IMG/VR virus record: IMGVR_UViG_3300043467_001216
Source: a virus
Lineage: Duplodnaviria; Heunggongvirae; Uroviricota; Caudoviricetes
Direction: 5' to 3' (one strand)
Length of the DNA: 64,000 bases
The notes beneath the pieces are model-generated. The model worked only from the letters and a program-made list of their open reading frames with translations. It did no database searches and was not told the origin of the DNA. Made by a program: the position numbers and the translations under genes. Below are positions 37,115 through 48,504 of the stretch, one piece after another (within the stretch, counting starts at the first letter, position 1; each line of letters starts with the position of its first letter).

Positions 37115-38713
37115 ATGAGTTTAAACAATAAAGTAGAAAAAATATTAAAGATTAAAAATACTTTAGAAAAAAAATTGATGAATGAAGGTTTAACAAGGTC
37201 TGAAAAAACTATTTTAGATAAAGTTAGAATTCAATTAGTTGAAGCACCGATTGATTATACAGGTGCGGGTGGTGCTAGAATGTCACAACAATTACAATCT
37301 AAAATTGAAAGAGGACAAACCGATTTTAATGATTTAGGTATTAGTACTGAAACTATAGAATTTTTAGCGAGTAAAAGTTTTGTTGACTCAGTTAAAAAAC
37401 TACAAAAAGTATTAGGTGATAATTCACGAATTGCCGAGGGTGACCCACGTAGTGCATTTATGGCGTTAATGAATAATGCTATGTCATTAGGTGGTAGAAT
37501 ATCTTCGTTACAACAACGTAGTTCTAAACAAATCGAACAACTAGCGGCTAACTTAGTTCAACAATATTTTAATTTACCTGAAGACGCTATTAGATTAATT
37601 CCACATCTTACATCATTTGGACCACAACGTGCGTTACCAAATATGAGAACTTCACCTAAACAATTTTCTGAAGAAGATATTAAAAAAGCATTTAAAGATG
37701 CCGACAAACACAAAGAAGAATTAGAAAAATTTGCACAAGAGTTTGAAGAAATGGGTGTTGAATTTGACTATTCTAAAGGTGATGAAATTGTTACAAAAAA
37801 AATAGAACAAGAGGCTTTAAAAACATTTGAGGATGAAAAAGCTAAAAGAAGATTTATCAACTCAATTAACAAAGGTTTTGCGTTTAATTTAGGTGAGTTA
37901 TACGAAGAATTAAATGAATATGTTGATAAGATTAATCCTGAATTAAGTCAGTTATACGCTGCGTCACAAGCAATAATGGAACACCTATATTGGTTATATC
38001 CTGATTTACAACAAATGACGAGTGGTGGTGGAGGTCAATTGGCTCAACACGAAATCACTAAACCTGATGGTTCTAAAGAAAGTAGTAACGACGAAGAAGA
38101 AGGTGGTGAAGAAGGTTCTGATGATTTAAACTTTGAAACGGGTGATGAAGAAATCGGTAATGAAGAAGAGTCTGAACCACAAGGTCCTTACACAATTGAA
38201 GCTTACGCCCCAACATTACCATTATTAATTCACGAACTTTTATTAGGAGTTGCTAAGTATTTCAGTTGGTTAGGAGGTATCCAAGGGAAAGAAAAATCAG
38301 AATTAATTATTCAATCGACTGACACAATTGGTAATGAGGTATGGAACTCATATATGGGTAAAGTATTTTTCAAAGAATTGATGTTGAGATTTAAAGCGTT
38401 AAACGATGAATACGCATTACAAGACAAAAAAGTTCAAAATAGAATATTGTTATTCTTACAATTACATTTAGCAACTTTATCTAAAGAAGATTTAGAAACA
38501 TTACTAAATGGAATCCATAAACAAGATGAACGAGTAATTCAAATTATTAATGAACTAGTTGAAGGTGCTATGGAACAATATCAAGAAATACATAAAGATA
38601 TACCGGAACCAACTAAAAACTATGGTTCAGGTGTTGATTTAGGTGATGATGATGACACTGAAGATGATGATTTTGATTTTGGTGACGACGACGATGATGA
38701 CGATATCTATTAA
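37115..38713 (+). CDS. hypothetical protein
   Basis: 532 aa upstream of terminase. Confidence 0.8.
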   Translation: MSLNNKVEKILKIKNTLEKKLMNEGLTRSEKTILDKVRIQLVEAPIDYTGAGGARMSQQLQSKIERGQTDFNDLGISTETIEFLASKSFVDSVKKLQKVLGDNSRIAEGDPRSAFMALMNNAMSLGGRISSLQQRSSKQIEQLAANLVQQYFNLPEDAIRLIPHLTSFGPQRALPNMRTSPKQFSEEDIKKAFKDADKHKEELEKFAQEFEEMGVEFDYSKGDEIVTKKIEQEALKTFEDEKAKRRFINSINKGFAFNLGELYEELNEYVDKINPELSQLYAASQAIMEHLYWLYPDLQQMTSGGGGQLAQHEITKPDGSKESSNDEEEGGEEGSDDLNFETGDEEIGNEEESEPQGPYTIEAYAPTLPLLIHELLLGVAKYFSWLGGIQGKEKSELIIQSTDTIGNEVWNSYMGKVFFKELMLRFKALNDEYALQDKKVQNRILLFLQLHLATLSKEDLETLLNGIHKQDERVIQIINELVEGAMEQYQEIHKDIPEPTKNYGSGVDLGDDDDTEDDDFDFGDDDDDDDIY

Positions 38714-38789
38714 GACACATACTAAATAAACGATAAAGACCTCCAATTTTAATTAATTGGGGGTTTTTTGGTATTTATAAATAAAAACT

Positions 38790-40562
38790 ATGACTAAAGA
38801 ACAATTGTTGTTAGAATACGTTAAGTGTATGAAAGATACTCCATACGCATTAAACACGTATCTACAAACATACGACAACACAGTTTCAAAATACGTTCCG
38901 TTAGAATTATTCCCCGACCAAATAACATTATTACAGGATTACGAGAACTATAATGAAAATATTGCATTAAAATACCGTCAGGCGGGTGTATCGACAGTAA
39001 CATCAGCTTGGGTATCTAAAAAATTAGCATTTGCTAAAAAAGAAAAACCTGAAAAAATATTGATAATCGCCAACAAGTTGGATACCTCAATTGAGATGGC
39101 GAATAAAATTAGAGCCTTTGTGACACAATGGCCGAGTTGGGTTAACGTTCAAATTGACCCCAATAAAAAATCTACCAAACATTGGAAATTAAATAATGGT
39201 TGTGAGGTTAAGGCGGTTGCAACATCAAAGGATGCTTTACGTGGATTTACCCCAACAATATTAATATTTGATGAGGCCGCGTTTATCGAAGCTGACAGTG
39301 ATTTCTGGTCAGCGTGTATGGCATCCCTATCAACAGGGGGTAAAGTAATTGTAGTATCAACACCAAACGGTAATGACCCAATTTACTATGAGATTTACGA
39401 CCAAGCGTTACGTGGAATGAATGATTTCAAAATTACGGAAATGTATTGGTATCGTGACCCTCGTTATACTAAAGATTTATTCTTTGTAAAAACTGATGAC
39501 GCTATTCATTATTTATTAAACAAAGAAGAATACGGACCTGAGAAAATAATAAGTTGGGCGGACAAAGAATTTAAAGACAGAAACTTTGATGAAGCCAAAG
39601 AAATAATTAATAACGGATACAAACCTTGCTCTGATTGGTTTGAAAAAATGGTGAAGAAACTTAAATACGACAAACGTAAAGTTTCTCAAGAGTTAGAGTG
39701 TAACTTCCTTGGTTCAGGTGATAACGTATTCGATTCTAGGTTAATGCAAAAGATACGTGAAAATTATCTGTTAGAACCCCAAAATAAAATGTTAGGTAAT
39801 CAATTATGGATTTGGAAAGAACCGGTAATAGGTCACAAATACATTATGGGTGTCGATGTCAGTCGAGGTGATAGTGAGGATTTTAGTTCATTTCAAATTA
39901 TTGATTTTGATACTCGTGAACAAGTTGCGGAGTTTGTTGGTAAACTTCCTCCTGATACGATGGCCGAAATTTGTTTTAAATGGGCTAATATGTATTCGGC
40001 TTATATTGTAGTCGATATCACGGGTGGGATGGGTGTTTCTACCTCACGTAAACTTCAAGAGTTAGGATATAAAGATTTATATGTTGACGGTGAAGACGTT
40101 AACAACTCTTGGAAATATAATCCAAAATCAGCGGAAAAAATACCCGGTATTAACTTTAACAACAAACGTGTTCAAATTATTGCATCATATGAAGAGGCTA
40201 TGAGACACGATTTCCGTATTTACAGTCACCGTTTATACAATGAAATGGATACATTCATTTATATTAATGGTAGACCTGACCACCAAAAAGGGAGACACGA
40301 CGATTTACTTATGTCTATTGCTATGGCAACATACGTGGGTGAGACTTCGTTCAGTAAATTAAATAAAGTTACCGACCAGGCAAAGGCTATGATTGAGTCG
40401 TGGTCAGTCAATAATAACACATCAGTTGGTAAAGATATGGATTTTAACCCTGTTATTCCAAATTATAATGATATGATGGGTAAAACAAACTCCAATCAGA
40501 GTATTCAAAGAGATGAGTATATGAAGTATGGTTGGTTATTTGGAAATTACGGACAAAGATAA
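38790..40562 (+). CDS. terL: terminase large subunit
   Basis: KYRQAGVST Walker A variant; LIFDEAAF; VSTPNG; GVDVSRG; HDDLLM. Confidence 0.95.
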   Translation: MTKEQLLLEYVKCMKDTPYALNTYLQTYDNTVSKYVPLELFPDQITLLQDYENYNENIALKYRQAGVSTVTSAWVSKKLAFAKKEKPEKILIIANKLDTSIEMANKIRAFVTQWPSWVNVQIDPNKKSTKHWKLNNGCEVKAVATSKDALRGFTPTILIFDEAAFIEADSDFWSACMASLSTGGKVIVVSTPNGNDPIYYEIYDQALRGMNDFKITEMYWYRDPRYTKDLFFVKTDDAIHYLLNKEEYGPEKIISWADKEFKDRNFDEAKEIINNGYKPCSDWFEKMVKKLKYDKRKVSQELECNFLGSGDNVFDSRLMQKIRENYLLEPQNKMLGNQLWIWKEPVIGHKYIMGVDVSRGDSEDFSSFQIIDFDTREQVAEFVGKLPPDTMAEICFKWANMYSAYIVVDITGGMGVSTSRKLQELGYKDLYVDGEDVNNSWKYNPKSAEKIPGINFNNKRVQIIASYEEAMRHDFRIYSHRLYNEMDTFIYINGRPDHQKGRHDDLLMSIAMATYVGETSFSKLNKVTDQAKAMIESWSVNNNTSVGKDMDFNPVIPNYNDMMGKTNSNQSIQRDEYMKYGWLFGNYGQR

Positions 40563-40600
40563 ACTATTTAAAAATTGATATTTATAATTAAAATTCTGAT

Positions 40601-42421
40601 ATGGAAAACAATAAAAATTTAACGGTTTGGCAACGATTATCTCACGCATTTGGACCAAATTCATTATTAAATCAAGACTACCCCACATATAAGTTCGATA
40701 AGAAGGAGTTACTTAAAACAACTTCAAAAGATGAATATGAAAAAGAAAAATTACAAGCTCAACAAACTTTTTATTTAACAAACCAATGGGCGAAAATTGA
40801 GAGTAATTTATATTCTCAAGCAATATATTATGAACCAACTCGTTTAGCATCATTCTACGATTATGAATCAATGGAATATACCCCTGAGATTTCAGCCGCG
40901 TTAGATATATACGGTGAAGAATCAACAACAGTAGACCAAAATGGTTTTATGTTACAAATTTATTCAGAATCAAAACGTATTAAATCGGTATTAACAGATT
41001 TGTTTAATAACAATTTGGATTTAAATACTAACTTACCTATGTGGGTTAGAAATACTTGTAAATACGGGGACAACTTTGTTTACCTAAAATTGGATTCTGA
41101 TAAAGGTGTTATTGGTTGTATGCAATTACCAAACATTGAAATTGAACGTCTAGAAAGAGGTATGGCAGCTAAAATTAACAATGTTGAAGAACCAGGTCAT
41201 AGTAAAGGATTAAGATTCCAATGGAAAGTTAAAGACATGGAATTTAACTCTTGGGAGATAGCTCACTTCCGTTTATTGGGGGATGATAGAAAATTACCAT
41301 ATGGGACATCTATGTTGGAGAAAGCCAGACGTATTTGGAAACAGTTATTACTATCTGAGGATGCAATGTTAATTTATAGAACCTCAAGAGCCCCTGAACG
41401 TAGGGTATTCAAAATTTTCGTAGGTAACATGGATGACAAAGATGTTGAACCATACGTACAACGTGTTGCAAACAAATTTAAACGTGACCAAATTGTTGAT
41501 AGTAAAACAGGTAACGTTGATTTAAGATATAATCAGATGGCGGTTGACCAAGATTATTTTATTCCTGTTCGTGACCCGGCAGCACCTAACCCAATTGAAA
41601 CACTAGCGGGAGCCGCTAACTTAGGTGAAATTGCCGATATCGAATACATCCAAAAGAAATTATTAACAGCACTACGTGTACCTAAAGCGTTCTTAGGTTT
41701 TGAAGAACCTGTGGGTGAAGGTAAGAACTTATCATTAATGGATATTCGTTTTGCTAGAACAATTAACCGAATACAAAAATGTATGATTGCCGAATTAAAT
41801 AAAATTGCGATTATTCATTTATTCCTTTTAGGGTTTGAAGACGAATTGTCTAACTTTACTTTATCATTGGCAAATCCATCAACACAGGCTGACTTATTAA
41901 AAGTTGAAGCATGGAAAGAAAAAGTCGCATTATATAAAGAGGCGGTAACCGCAGTTGAAGGTATAGCACCAACATCAGTAACTTGGGCTAAGAAACATAT
42001 TTTAGGTTTCTCAGATGAAGAAATCAAACTTGATTTACAACAACAACGTGTTGAGAAAGCGGTTGGTGCTGAATTAACAAATACAGCAACAATTATTACT
42101 CACACAGGTGTTTTCGACAATGTTGATAATCTATATGGTTCTAAATCAGGTGGAACACAAACTGCCGCCGCAGGGGCTACACCTCCACCTCCTCCGGGTG
42201 GTGATATGGGAGGTGATATGGGTATGCCATCCCCACCTCCAGGACCTGAACCAGGTGGTGATGCTGGTGTAACACCTGAGTCAGTTGAGAAGAGAGATAA
42301 TTTAAACATATTGTTAGAATCTGATAATATGTATGGTGAAGACGAGTACATTGATTTATCCAAAGGTAAAAATAATTTAGGTGAAATTGAGAATCGTTTG
42401 AATAAACTTTTAGGTGACTAA
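40601..42421 (+). CDS. portal protein (T4 gp20-like)
   Basis: PYGTSMLEKARR.WKQL.L.EDAMLIYR..RAPERRVF; DYFIP. Confidence 0.95.
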   Translation: MENNKNLTVWQRLSHAFGPNSLLNQDYPTYKFDKKELLKTTSKDEYEKEKLQAQQTFYLTNQWAKIESNLYSQAIYYEPTRLASFYDYESMEYTPEISAALDIYGEESTTVDQNGFMLQIYSESKRIKSVLTDLFNNNLDLNTNLPMWVRNTCKYGDNFVYLKLDSDKGVIGCMQLPNIEIERLERGMAAKINNVEEPGHSKGLRFQWKVKDMEFNSWEIAHFRLLGDDRKLPYGTSMLEKARRIWKQLLLSEDAMLIYRTSRAPERRVFKIFVGNMDDKDVEPYVQRVANKFKRDQIVDSKTGNVDLRYNQMAVDQDYFIPVRDPAAPNPIETLAGAANLGEIADIEYIQKKLLTALRVPKAFLGFEEPVGEGKNLSLMDIRFARTINRIQKCMIAELNKIAIIHLFLLGFEDELSNFTLSLANPSTQADLLKVEAWKEKVALYKEAVTAVEGIAPTSVTWAKKHILGFSDEEIKLDLQQQRVEKAVGAELTNTATIITHTGVFDNVDNLYGSKSGGTQTAAAGATPPPPPGGDMGGDMGMPSPPPGPEPGGDAGVTPESVEKRDNLNILLESDNMYGEDEYIDLSKGKNNLGEIENRLNKLLGD

Positions 42422-42444
42422 TATTTATATATAAAATATATAAA

Positions 42445-43164
42445 ATGAAATTTGGAATATTAAAATCAAAAATAGAAAATGTTTTATTAGAATCTTATAA
42501 AGATGGTTCATTTAAAAACGAACTTAAAACATTTAAAAAATTAGTGTTAGAAAATAAAAACATCAATAGACTATTCTACATATATGATGATTTAAGTTCT
42601 AATAAAGGTTTAACTAATGAAGTTGCCGGTGACTACATAAATGAAATGGTAACTCTTTACGAAAACACCATTAATAAAATTATTCCTACTGACTTGAAAA
42701 AAATTAAAGATTGGGTGAATAATTCTTCTGTGGTTAAAAATAACTACGAAGTTATTGATAACTTACTAAGTGGTGGAGTTTTAAACTTAGAGTCAAAAAT
42801 TAATAGTAAAAAAATTATTACTGAAACTATAACTAAAAAATCTGTAACTGAGAAAGAAGTTGTTAATGTTCCGTTGAGTACTATGGTAACAATGGCAAAC
42901 AAAACAATTAATAGTTATATTGATAGTTTAAATGAATCGGATAAAAAAGAATTTAACCAAATGTTATCTGTTGATGACTCTGAGTTAGAATCAAAGTATT
43001 CATCTATTAAAGAAAGTGTGGTTGAAAAATTACAAACGTTGTATAATCAAAACCACGATAGACCAACAAGAAACTCAATTAATGAGACAATTGAAAAGAT
43101 TTCATCTGAAAAATACGATAAATTAAATTACTATAAATTAAAAAGTTTACACGACAACCTTTAG
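42445..43164 (+). CDS. hypothetical head-module protein
   Basis: 239 aa after portal; TATTTAT 42422. Confidence 0.8.
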   Translation: MKFGILKSKIENVLLESYKDGSFKNELKTFKKLVLENKNINRLFYIYDDLSSNKGLTNEVAGDYINEMVTLYENTINKIIPTDLKKIKDWVNNSSVVKNNYEVIDNLLSGGVLNLESKINSKKIITETITKKSVTEKEVVNVPLSTMVTMANKTINSYIDSLNESDKKEFNQMLSVDDSELESKYSSIKESVVEKLQTLYNQNHDRPTRNSINETIEKISSEKYDKLNYYKLKSLHDNL

Positions 43165-43355
43165 TCGTTATTTGATTTAAAGTTTTTCTGAACGTGTTTA
43201 GCCTTGCTAAGCACGTTTCTTTTTATTACAGAAGGTTTAACAAACACTTTACGGTTAACCAATTCAGACATTTGTCTTGTTTTAATTACTTTACTCTTAT
43301 ATTCTTTAAGGGCTTTTTCGATATTTTTATCTTTATTTACTTTTACTACAATCAT
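43161..43355 (-). CDS. rpsU: ribosomal protein bS21
   Basis: NIEKALK.YK.K...T....EL..R..FVKPSV.KR pattern; 64 aa. Confidence 0.88.
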   Translation of the reverse strand: MIVVKVNKDKNIEKALKEYKSKVIKTRQMSELVNRKVFVKPSVIKRNVLSKAKHVQKNFKSNND

Positions 43356-43445
43356 ATTAAAAAAATGTGGATTTATTGTTTTTTTGACTATTAATGTAAA
43401 TATACTTACATTTATTAAAAATAAACTGTTTCACGATGAAAAATA

Positions 43446-43919
43446 ATGAAAAAAGGGAAAACCTCCAAAATCCAAGGATTTAAAACTGCGAAAGTTTTAT
43501 TTGGTACAGTTGATTCTGTTAATCTAAAATCAATATATCTTAACATTCAAACTTGGGTAGAACCAAAAAAAGACGTAGAAAATTGGTCGAGAGTCGTCTT
43601 AAACTTGAGTAGGTCAATTAAACACTCAATTTACGATAAAGTAAAAAATTCATTTTTTGATGATAAATTCATAGTTGACTTAGATTTAAGGTCAAGCGGG
43701 TTATCACTAAATAAAAAATCATTTATGAATTTAGAAATTAATTTCTTCCTTAAAGATAATATCCCATTAACGTTTAAAGATACCGAAATTAAAGATTTCT
43801 TAAAAAATATCACAACTAAAATATTTCAAGATAATTTAAAAAATAACCAATATTTTAAGTTTTATCTTTCTAAAACAAATAAACCAATCAATAAAACTGT
43901 CAAAACCGAAAATATTTAA
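43446..43919 (+). CDS. hypothetical protein
   Basis: 157 aa ORF. Confidence 0.8.
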   Translation: MKKGKTSKIQGFKTAKVLFGTVDSVNLKSIYLNIQTWVEPKKDVENWSRVVLNLSRSIKHSIYDKVKNSFFDDKFIVDLDLRSSGLSLNKKSFMNLEINFFLKDNIPLTFKDTEIKDFLKNITTKIFQDNLKNNQYFKFYLSKTNKPINKTVKTENI

Positions 43920-43940
43920 TATTTATTGTTAAACGAAACA

Positions 43941-44660
43941 ATGAATTTAAAAATATTAAAACCATATGAGTTGGGTAAAGGTATCTTAATCGAACAAGAT
44001 GCCGGATATATTTCCCCAACAACAGAACACAATAAATACATAATGGAGTCTACTAATTTTTTAGACCATTCAAAACCATTTGAATTTTATGCCGTTCTAC
44101 AAAAATACGACACACCAAATAGAAATGGTCGTGTGTATCCTGAAAAGATTTTAAAACGAGAATCTGAAAATTATAAAAAAATGATTGATAAGGGTGTTTC
44201 ATTATCAGAATTGAATCACCCCGAATCATCATTAATTGATTTAGACCGAGTATCTCACATCATCACTAAGATATGGTGGGAAGGTAATGTATTAATGGGT
44301 GTATTAAGATTACTTACAAGTCCAGGTTTCCACGAAAGAGGTATTGTATCAACTAAAGGTGATATGGCGGCAAACTACCTAAGACAAGGTGTTACGTTAG
44401 GTATATCGTCAAGAGGTGTTGGTTCACTTAAAAAAGTAGGAGAACAAAATGAAGTTCAAGATGATTTTGAGTTAATTTGTTTTGACTTAGTATCTTCACC
44501 ATCAACACCTGGAGCTTATTTATTCTTAGACCCAAATGATAGAATGAAATTTGATGAAAACATTGAAGAAGAAAAACAATCAAGACAAGAATTAAATGTT
44601 AAAGATAGTAAAGAAGTTGACCTTATGAATAAATTAAACGCATATTTGGGTAAGAGATAA
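43941..44660 (+). CDS. prohead protease (T4 gp21-like)
   Basis: NRNGRVYP, ELNHP, GISSRGVGS, FDLVSSPS; ATG 43941 after TATTTAT 43920. Confidence 0.92.
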   Translation: MNLKILKPYELGKGILIEQDAGYISPTTEHNKYIMESTNFLDHSKPFEFYAVLQKYDTPNRNGRVYPEKILKRESENYKKMIDKGVSLSELNHPESSLIDLDRVSHIITKIWWEGNVLMGVLRLLTSPGFHERGIVSTKGDMAANYLRQGVTLGISSRGVGSLKKVGEQNEVQDDFELICFDLVSSPSTPGAYLFLDPNDRMKFDENIEEEKQSRQELNVKDSKEVDLMNKLNAYLGKR

Positions 44661-44722
44661 TTTTCACTTGACTTATTGAAAATATTGAACGATTATTTGG
44701 TAAATAGAAAAATTAATTTAAT

Positions 44723-44938
44723 ATGGAACAAGGAGAAAAGTATTTTGTGGCAAAAATTAGTTCTGATTTATTAGACACTGAATCAGGAAAAGTTAAAAAA
44801 ATGAGAGAAGAAAAATTAGTTCTTGGTTATACACCAACTGACGTTGAAGCCAAAGTCACTAAACTTTACGAAAACTATACTATGGATTGGAGAATCACAG
44901 GGATAGTTGAGAGTAAAATAGATGAAGTTATCGAATAA
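44723..44938 (+). CDS. hypothetical protein
   Basis: 71 aa ORF followed by terminator. Confidence 0.75.
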   Translation: MEQGEKYFVAKISSDLLDTESGKVKKMREEKLVLGYTPTDVEAKVTKLYENYTMDWRITGIVESKIDEVIE

Positions 44939-45105
44939 TTTAACTTAAAAATAATACCATTTTAAAAGGGGGAGACATTAGTCTTCCCTTTTTTTTTCAC
45001 TAAAAATTCATTAATAGTTAATTTATTTTACATTGTCAATCTTAAAAATTAGTTTTTTTTAAATTTCTTAATATTTATTTAGAAATAAATGAAACATTTT
45101 TTTAA

Positions 45106-46584
45106 ATGGCAAAAGAAAAAACATTAGTTGAAGAGACTTTTATCCAAATGAAGAATTTGGAAGAAGCCGTTGCACAAAACGCAAAGGGAATACTTGCATC
45201 TACAATGAAGCAAGAAATCAAAGACTTAGTAAAAGAATCTCTATTCGAACAAGAAGAAGATGAGGTTGAAATGGATGCTGATGTGGAAGATTCTGAAATG
45301 GAATTGGACGCAGACGTTGATAATCTTGAAGGTGATGAAGACCTAAGTATGGGTGATGACGAATTTTCTATGGACGACGAAGAAATGGACGACGAAGAAC
45401 CAATTGATTTGACAGGTGACGATGTTACTGACGAAGAGGTTCTAAAAGTATTCCAATTGATGGGTCCTGAAGATGAAGTTATTGTAACTAAAAATACTGA
45501 CGGTAACATTAACTTAAAAGATACAAAAACAAGTAAAGAGTATATGATTGTACAAGAATCGGAAGAAGAATTCGAAAATGAAGAAATGTTCGAATGGGAA
45601 GATTTAGACGAAGAAGAATTTGATGAGGATGAATTAAGTCCTGACGATATTTTCGAAACTGATGATTACGATGGTTTAGCTGAAGAAGATGATGATTTAG
45701 AATCTGAGGTTGACAAAGTATTTAATGATGTTTTCGAACAATCATCTGCTGACCAATGGGAAAATGAAGAAATAGATGAAGACGATAGTTTAATGTATGA
45801 ACTTGAATTAGATGATACTGACGTACCTATGGATGAATTAGAGGAAGATGAATATATGGTTGACGAAATGGATGACTTATATGAATCTAAATCATTCAAA
45901 GCTAAAGGTAAAGGTCTTGGTTCACCTAACAAATTTAAGTATTCTTCAAAACCTAACCAAGAAGGTGGGTTTAAAACTGTTAAGAAATCACCTAACAAAA
46001 CTATGGGTACAGGAAAAGCTAAATTTACTTACAAAGATGGTGAAAATTTAGATGGTGAGTTTAAAATAAATCCTAAGAAAAAAGTTGAGGCTAATGAAGC
46101 GTCAAGAACATTAGGTGCTGGAAAAAGATTTGGTAAAAATAGTTTAGACAAACCTAAAGCAGCTCCAAGACATCTAAGAAAAGAATCTGTTGATGGTGAG
46201 TTAAATTTATTGAGAGAAAAGAATAACGAATACAGAAACGCATTAAACGTATTTAGAGATAAGTTGAATGAAGTTGCGGTGTTTAACTCAAACTTAGCAT
46301 ATGCTACTCGTTTGTTTACTGAACATACAACAACTAAACAAGAAAAAATCAACATATTACAACGTTTTGATTCTGTTGAAACTATTAAAGAATCTAAAAA
46401 CTTATATCAAACAATAAAACAAGAATTAAATAAAGATAATTCTTCAAAACCAATTAACGAATCAATTGAGAGAAATTTTGACAATTCACCTTCTACAGGG
46501 TCAGCAATTAACTTAATTGAATCAAAAACTTATGAAAATCCACAATTCTTACGAATGAGAGATTTGATGAGTAAACTTAAATAA
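45106..46584 (+). CDS. prohead core/scaffold protein
   Basis: Highly acidic coiled-coil protein directly upstream of the capsid gene. Confidence 0.75.
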   Translation: MAKEKTLVEETFIQMKNLEEAVAQNAKGILASTMKQEIKDLVKESLFEQEEDEVEMDADVEDSEMELDADVDNLEGDEDLSMGDDEFSMDDEEMDDEEPIDLTGDDVTDEEVLKVFQLMGPEDEVIVTKNTDGNINLKDTKTSKEYMIVQESEEEFENEEMFEWEDLDEEEFDEDELSPDDIFETDDYDGLAEEDDDLESEVDKVFNDVFEQSSADQWENEEIDEDDSLMYELELDDTDVPMDELEEDEYMVDEMDDLYESKSFKAKGKGLGSPNKFKYSSKPNQEGGFKTVKKSPNKTMGTGKAKFTYKDGENLDGEFKINPKKKVEANEASRTLGAGKRFGKNSLDKPKAAPRHLRKESVDGELNLLREKNNEYRNALNVFRDKLNEVAVFNSNLAYATRLFTEHTTTKQEKINILQRFDSVETIKESKNLYQTIKQELNKDNSSKPINESIERNFDNSPSTGSAINLIESKTYENPQFLRMRDLMSKLK

Positions 46585-46616
46585 AAAATAAACTAAAAAC
46601 AAATAAAAAAAAAACA

Positions 46617-48428
46617 ATGGGTGCATTATTAGAATCAGGTCTTGTTGGTAACATCGGATTAAAACATTTAAAAGTTATCAAAGAAGACACTATTAATAAA
46701 TGGGATAAATTAGGTTTCCTAGACGATTTAAAAGGACACTTAAAAGAAAACGTAGCTCAATTATATGAAAACCAAGCGTCTTTCTTAATTAATGAGGCTA
46801 CTGCAGAAGGTTCAAACGGAGCGTTTGAAACTGTAGTTTTCCCAATCGTAAGACGTGTGTTCTCTAAATTATTAGCGAACGACATCGTATCAGTACAAGC
46901 AATGAACTTACCAATCGGTAAATTGTTCTACTTCGTACCTAAAATCCAAGGATATAACACAAACAACGAACATTTCGCTCCTGTAGGTGCTCCTAACGGT
47001 GCTAACGTTGGTGATGGTTATGGTGCTGGTAGTACTTATGCTAACCAAAACTTGTATGACTTATTCTACGAAGGTTCTGAACCAGGATTAAATCCAGCAG
47101 GTTTATTCGACTATTCTAAAGGACAATTCACAGCAGTAACTGCGTCAACAAGAGTTCAAGTTTGGAATGGTTCTAATTTAGTTGATGAAACAACAGAATT
47201 AGATGGTGAAACTGTAAGAAAAGTTATCATCAAAGTTTCAGGTTTCTCTAACGTTGGTGCTGGTAAATTAATCGGTCCTGATGGACAAGAAATGGATACT
47301 GAAACTTTCTTATCTGATTTAGTTGTAACTAAAGGTGCTGGTTTATCAATTACCGCAACTTCAGCTTGTGAAGTAGCGTCTAACACACCATTATTGTTTA
47401 GAGTTGTGACTCAACAATACGGTAAAGGAATCGTTCAATACGGTGAAAGAAGAAACACTACATTTGGTGCCGCTCAATCAAACACAGGTGGTGGTTCGTT
47501 CCAAGATATTTGTGATGCTGAAGGTTTCATCTATTTAGAAGTTGATTTATCTTGTCCGGCTTGTGTTGGATGTGGTGCTGACACTTTAGATGGTTATACA
47601 GGTACAACAATTACATCAGCAGGAACTGAAAACTCTTTCGTGGCAATTTACAAAAGATATAAAGAATTAGAATTCGAAGACAAAATTGGTGAGGTTTCTT
47701 TCGATTTAGAATCAGTAACTGTTTCTGTAACTGAAAGAAAATTAAGAGCACAATGGTCTCCTGAATTAGCTCAAGACGTTGCTGCTTTCCATAACATTGA
47801 TGCTGAAGCTGAATTAACAGCTTTATTGTCAGAACAAGTTGCGGCTGAAATCGACCGTGAAATTTTACGTGACTTACGTAAAGGGGCGGCTTGGAACCTA
47901 CGTTGGGATTACAACGGATGGAGAAGAATTAACGGTTTAACTACATCTTATACTCAAAAAGATTGGAACCAAACGTTGATTACTGCGATTAACCAATTAT
48001 CAGCACAAATTCACAAATCAACATTAAGAGGTGGGGCTAACTGGATTGTTGTTTCTTCTGAAGTTTCAGCTATCTTTGACGATTTAGAATACTTCCACGT
48101 ATCTAACGCGTCTCCTGAGCAAGACCAATACAATATGGGTATTGAAAGAGTTGGTACATTAGCTGGTCGTTACCAAGTTTACCGTGACCCTTACTTCCCA
48201 CCAAACACAGTATTGTTGGGTCATAAAGGAACGTCATTGTTAGACACAGGTTACATCTACGCACCGTATGTACCTCTACAATTAACTCCAACAATGTATA
48301 ACCCATTCAACTTTACACCTATCAAAGGTATAATGACGAGATACGCTAAGAAAATGGTTAACAACCGTTTCTACGCGAGAATCACAGTTGATGGTGTTCG
48401 TACATTTGACTTGAGAGAATTGAGATAA
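46617..48428 (+). CDS. major capsid protein (T4 gp23-like)
   Basis: FPIVRRV, VSVQAM..P.G, RKLRAQWSPELAQD, AEIDREI, YAPYVP, GIMTRY. Confidence 0.97.
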   Translation: MGALLESGLVGNIGLKHLKVIKEDTINKWDKLGFLDDLKGHLKENVAQLYENQASFLINEATAEGSNGAFETVVFPIVRRVFSKLLANDIVSVQAMNLPIGKLFYFVPKIQGYNTNNEHFAPVGAPNGANVGDGYGAGSTYANQNLYDLFYEGSEPGLNPAGLFDYSKGQFTAVTASTRVQVWNGSNLVDETTELDGETVRKVIIKVSGFSNVGAGKLIGPDGQEMDTETFLSDLVVTKGAGLSITATSACEVASNTPLLFRVVTQQYGKGIVQYGERRNTTFGAAQSNTGGGSFQDICDAEGFIYLEVDLSCPACVGCGADTLDGYTGTTITSAGTENSFVAIYKRYKELEFEDKIGEVSFDLESVTVSVTERKLRAQWSPELAQDVAAFHNIDAEAELTALLSEQVAAEIDREILRDLRKGAAWNLRWDYNGWRRINGLTTSYTQKDWNQTLITAINQLSAQIHKSTLRGGANWIVVSSEVSAIFDDLEYFHVSNASPEQDQYNMGIERVGTLAGRYQVYRDPYFPPNTVLLGHKGTSLLDTGYIYAPYVPLQLTPTMYNPFNFTPIKGIMTRYAKKMVNNRFYARITVDGVRTFDLRELR

Positions 48429-48446
48429 TCAATAATTTCATAATAT

Positions 48447-48478
48447 AAAAAGGGACTTTAATAGTCCCTTTTTTATTT
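48447..48478 (+). terminator. intrinsic terminator after capsid gene
   Basis: AAAAAGGGACT-TTAAT-AGTCCCTTTTTT. Confidence 0.85.
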
Positions 48479-48504
48479 TAACGATATTTATAAATAAAAA
48501 AAAT

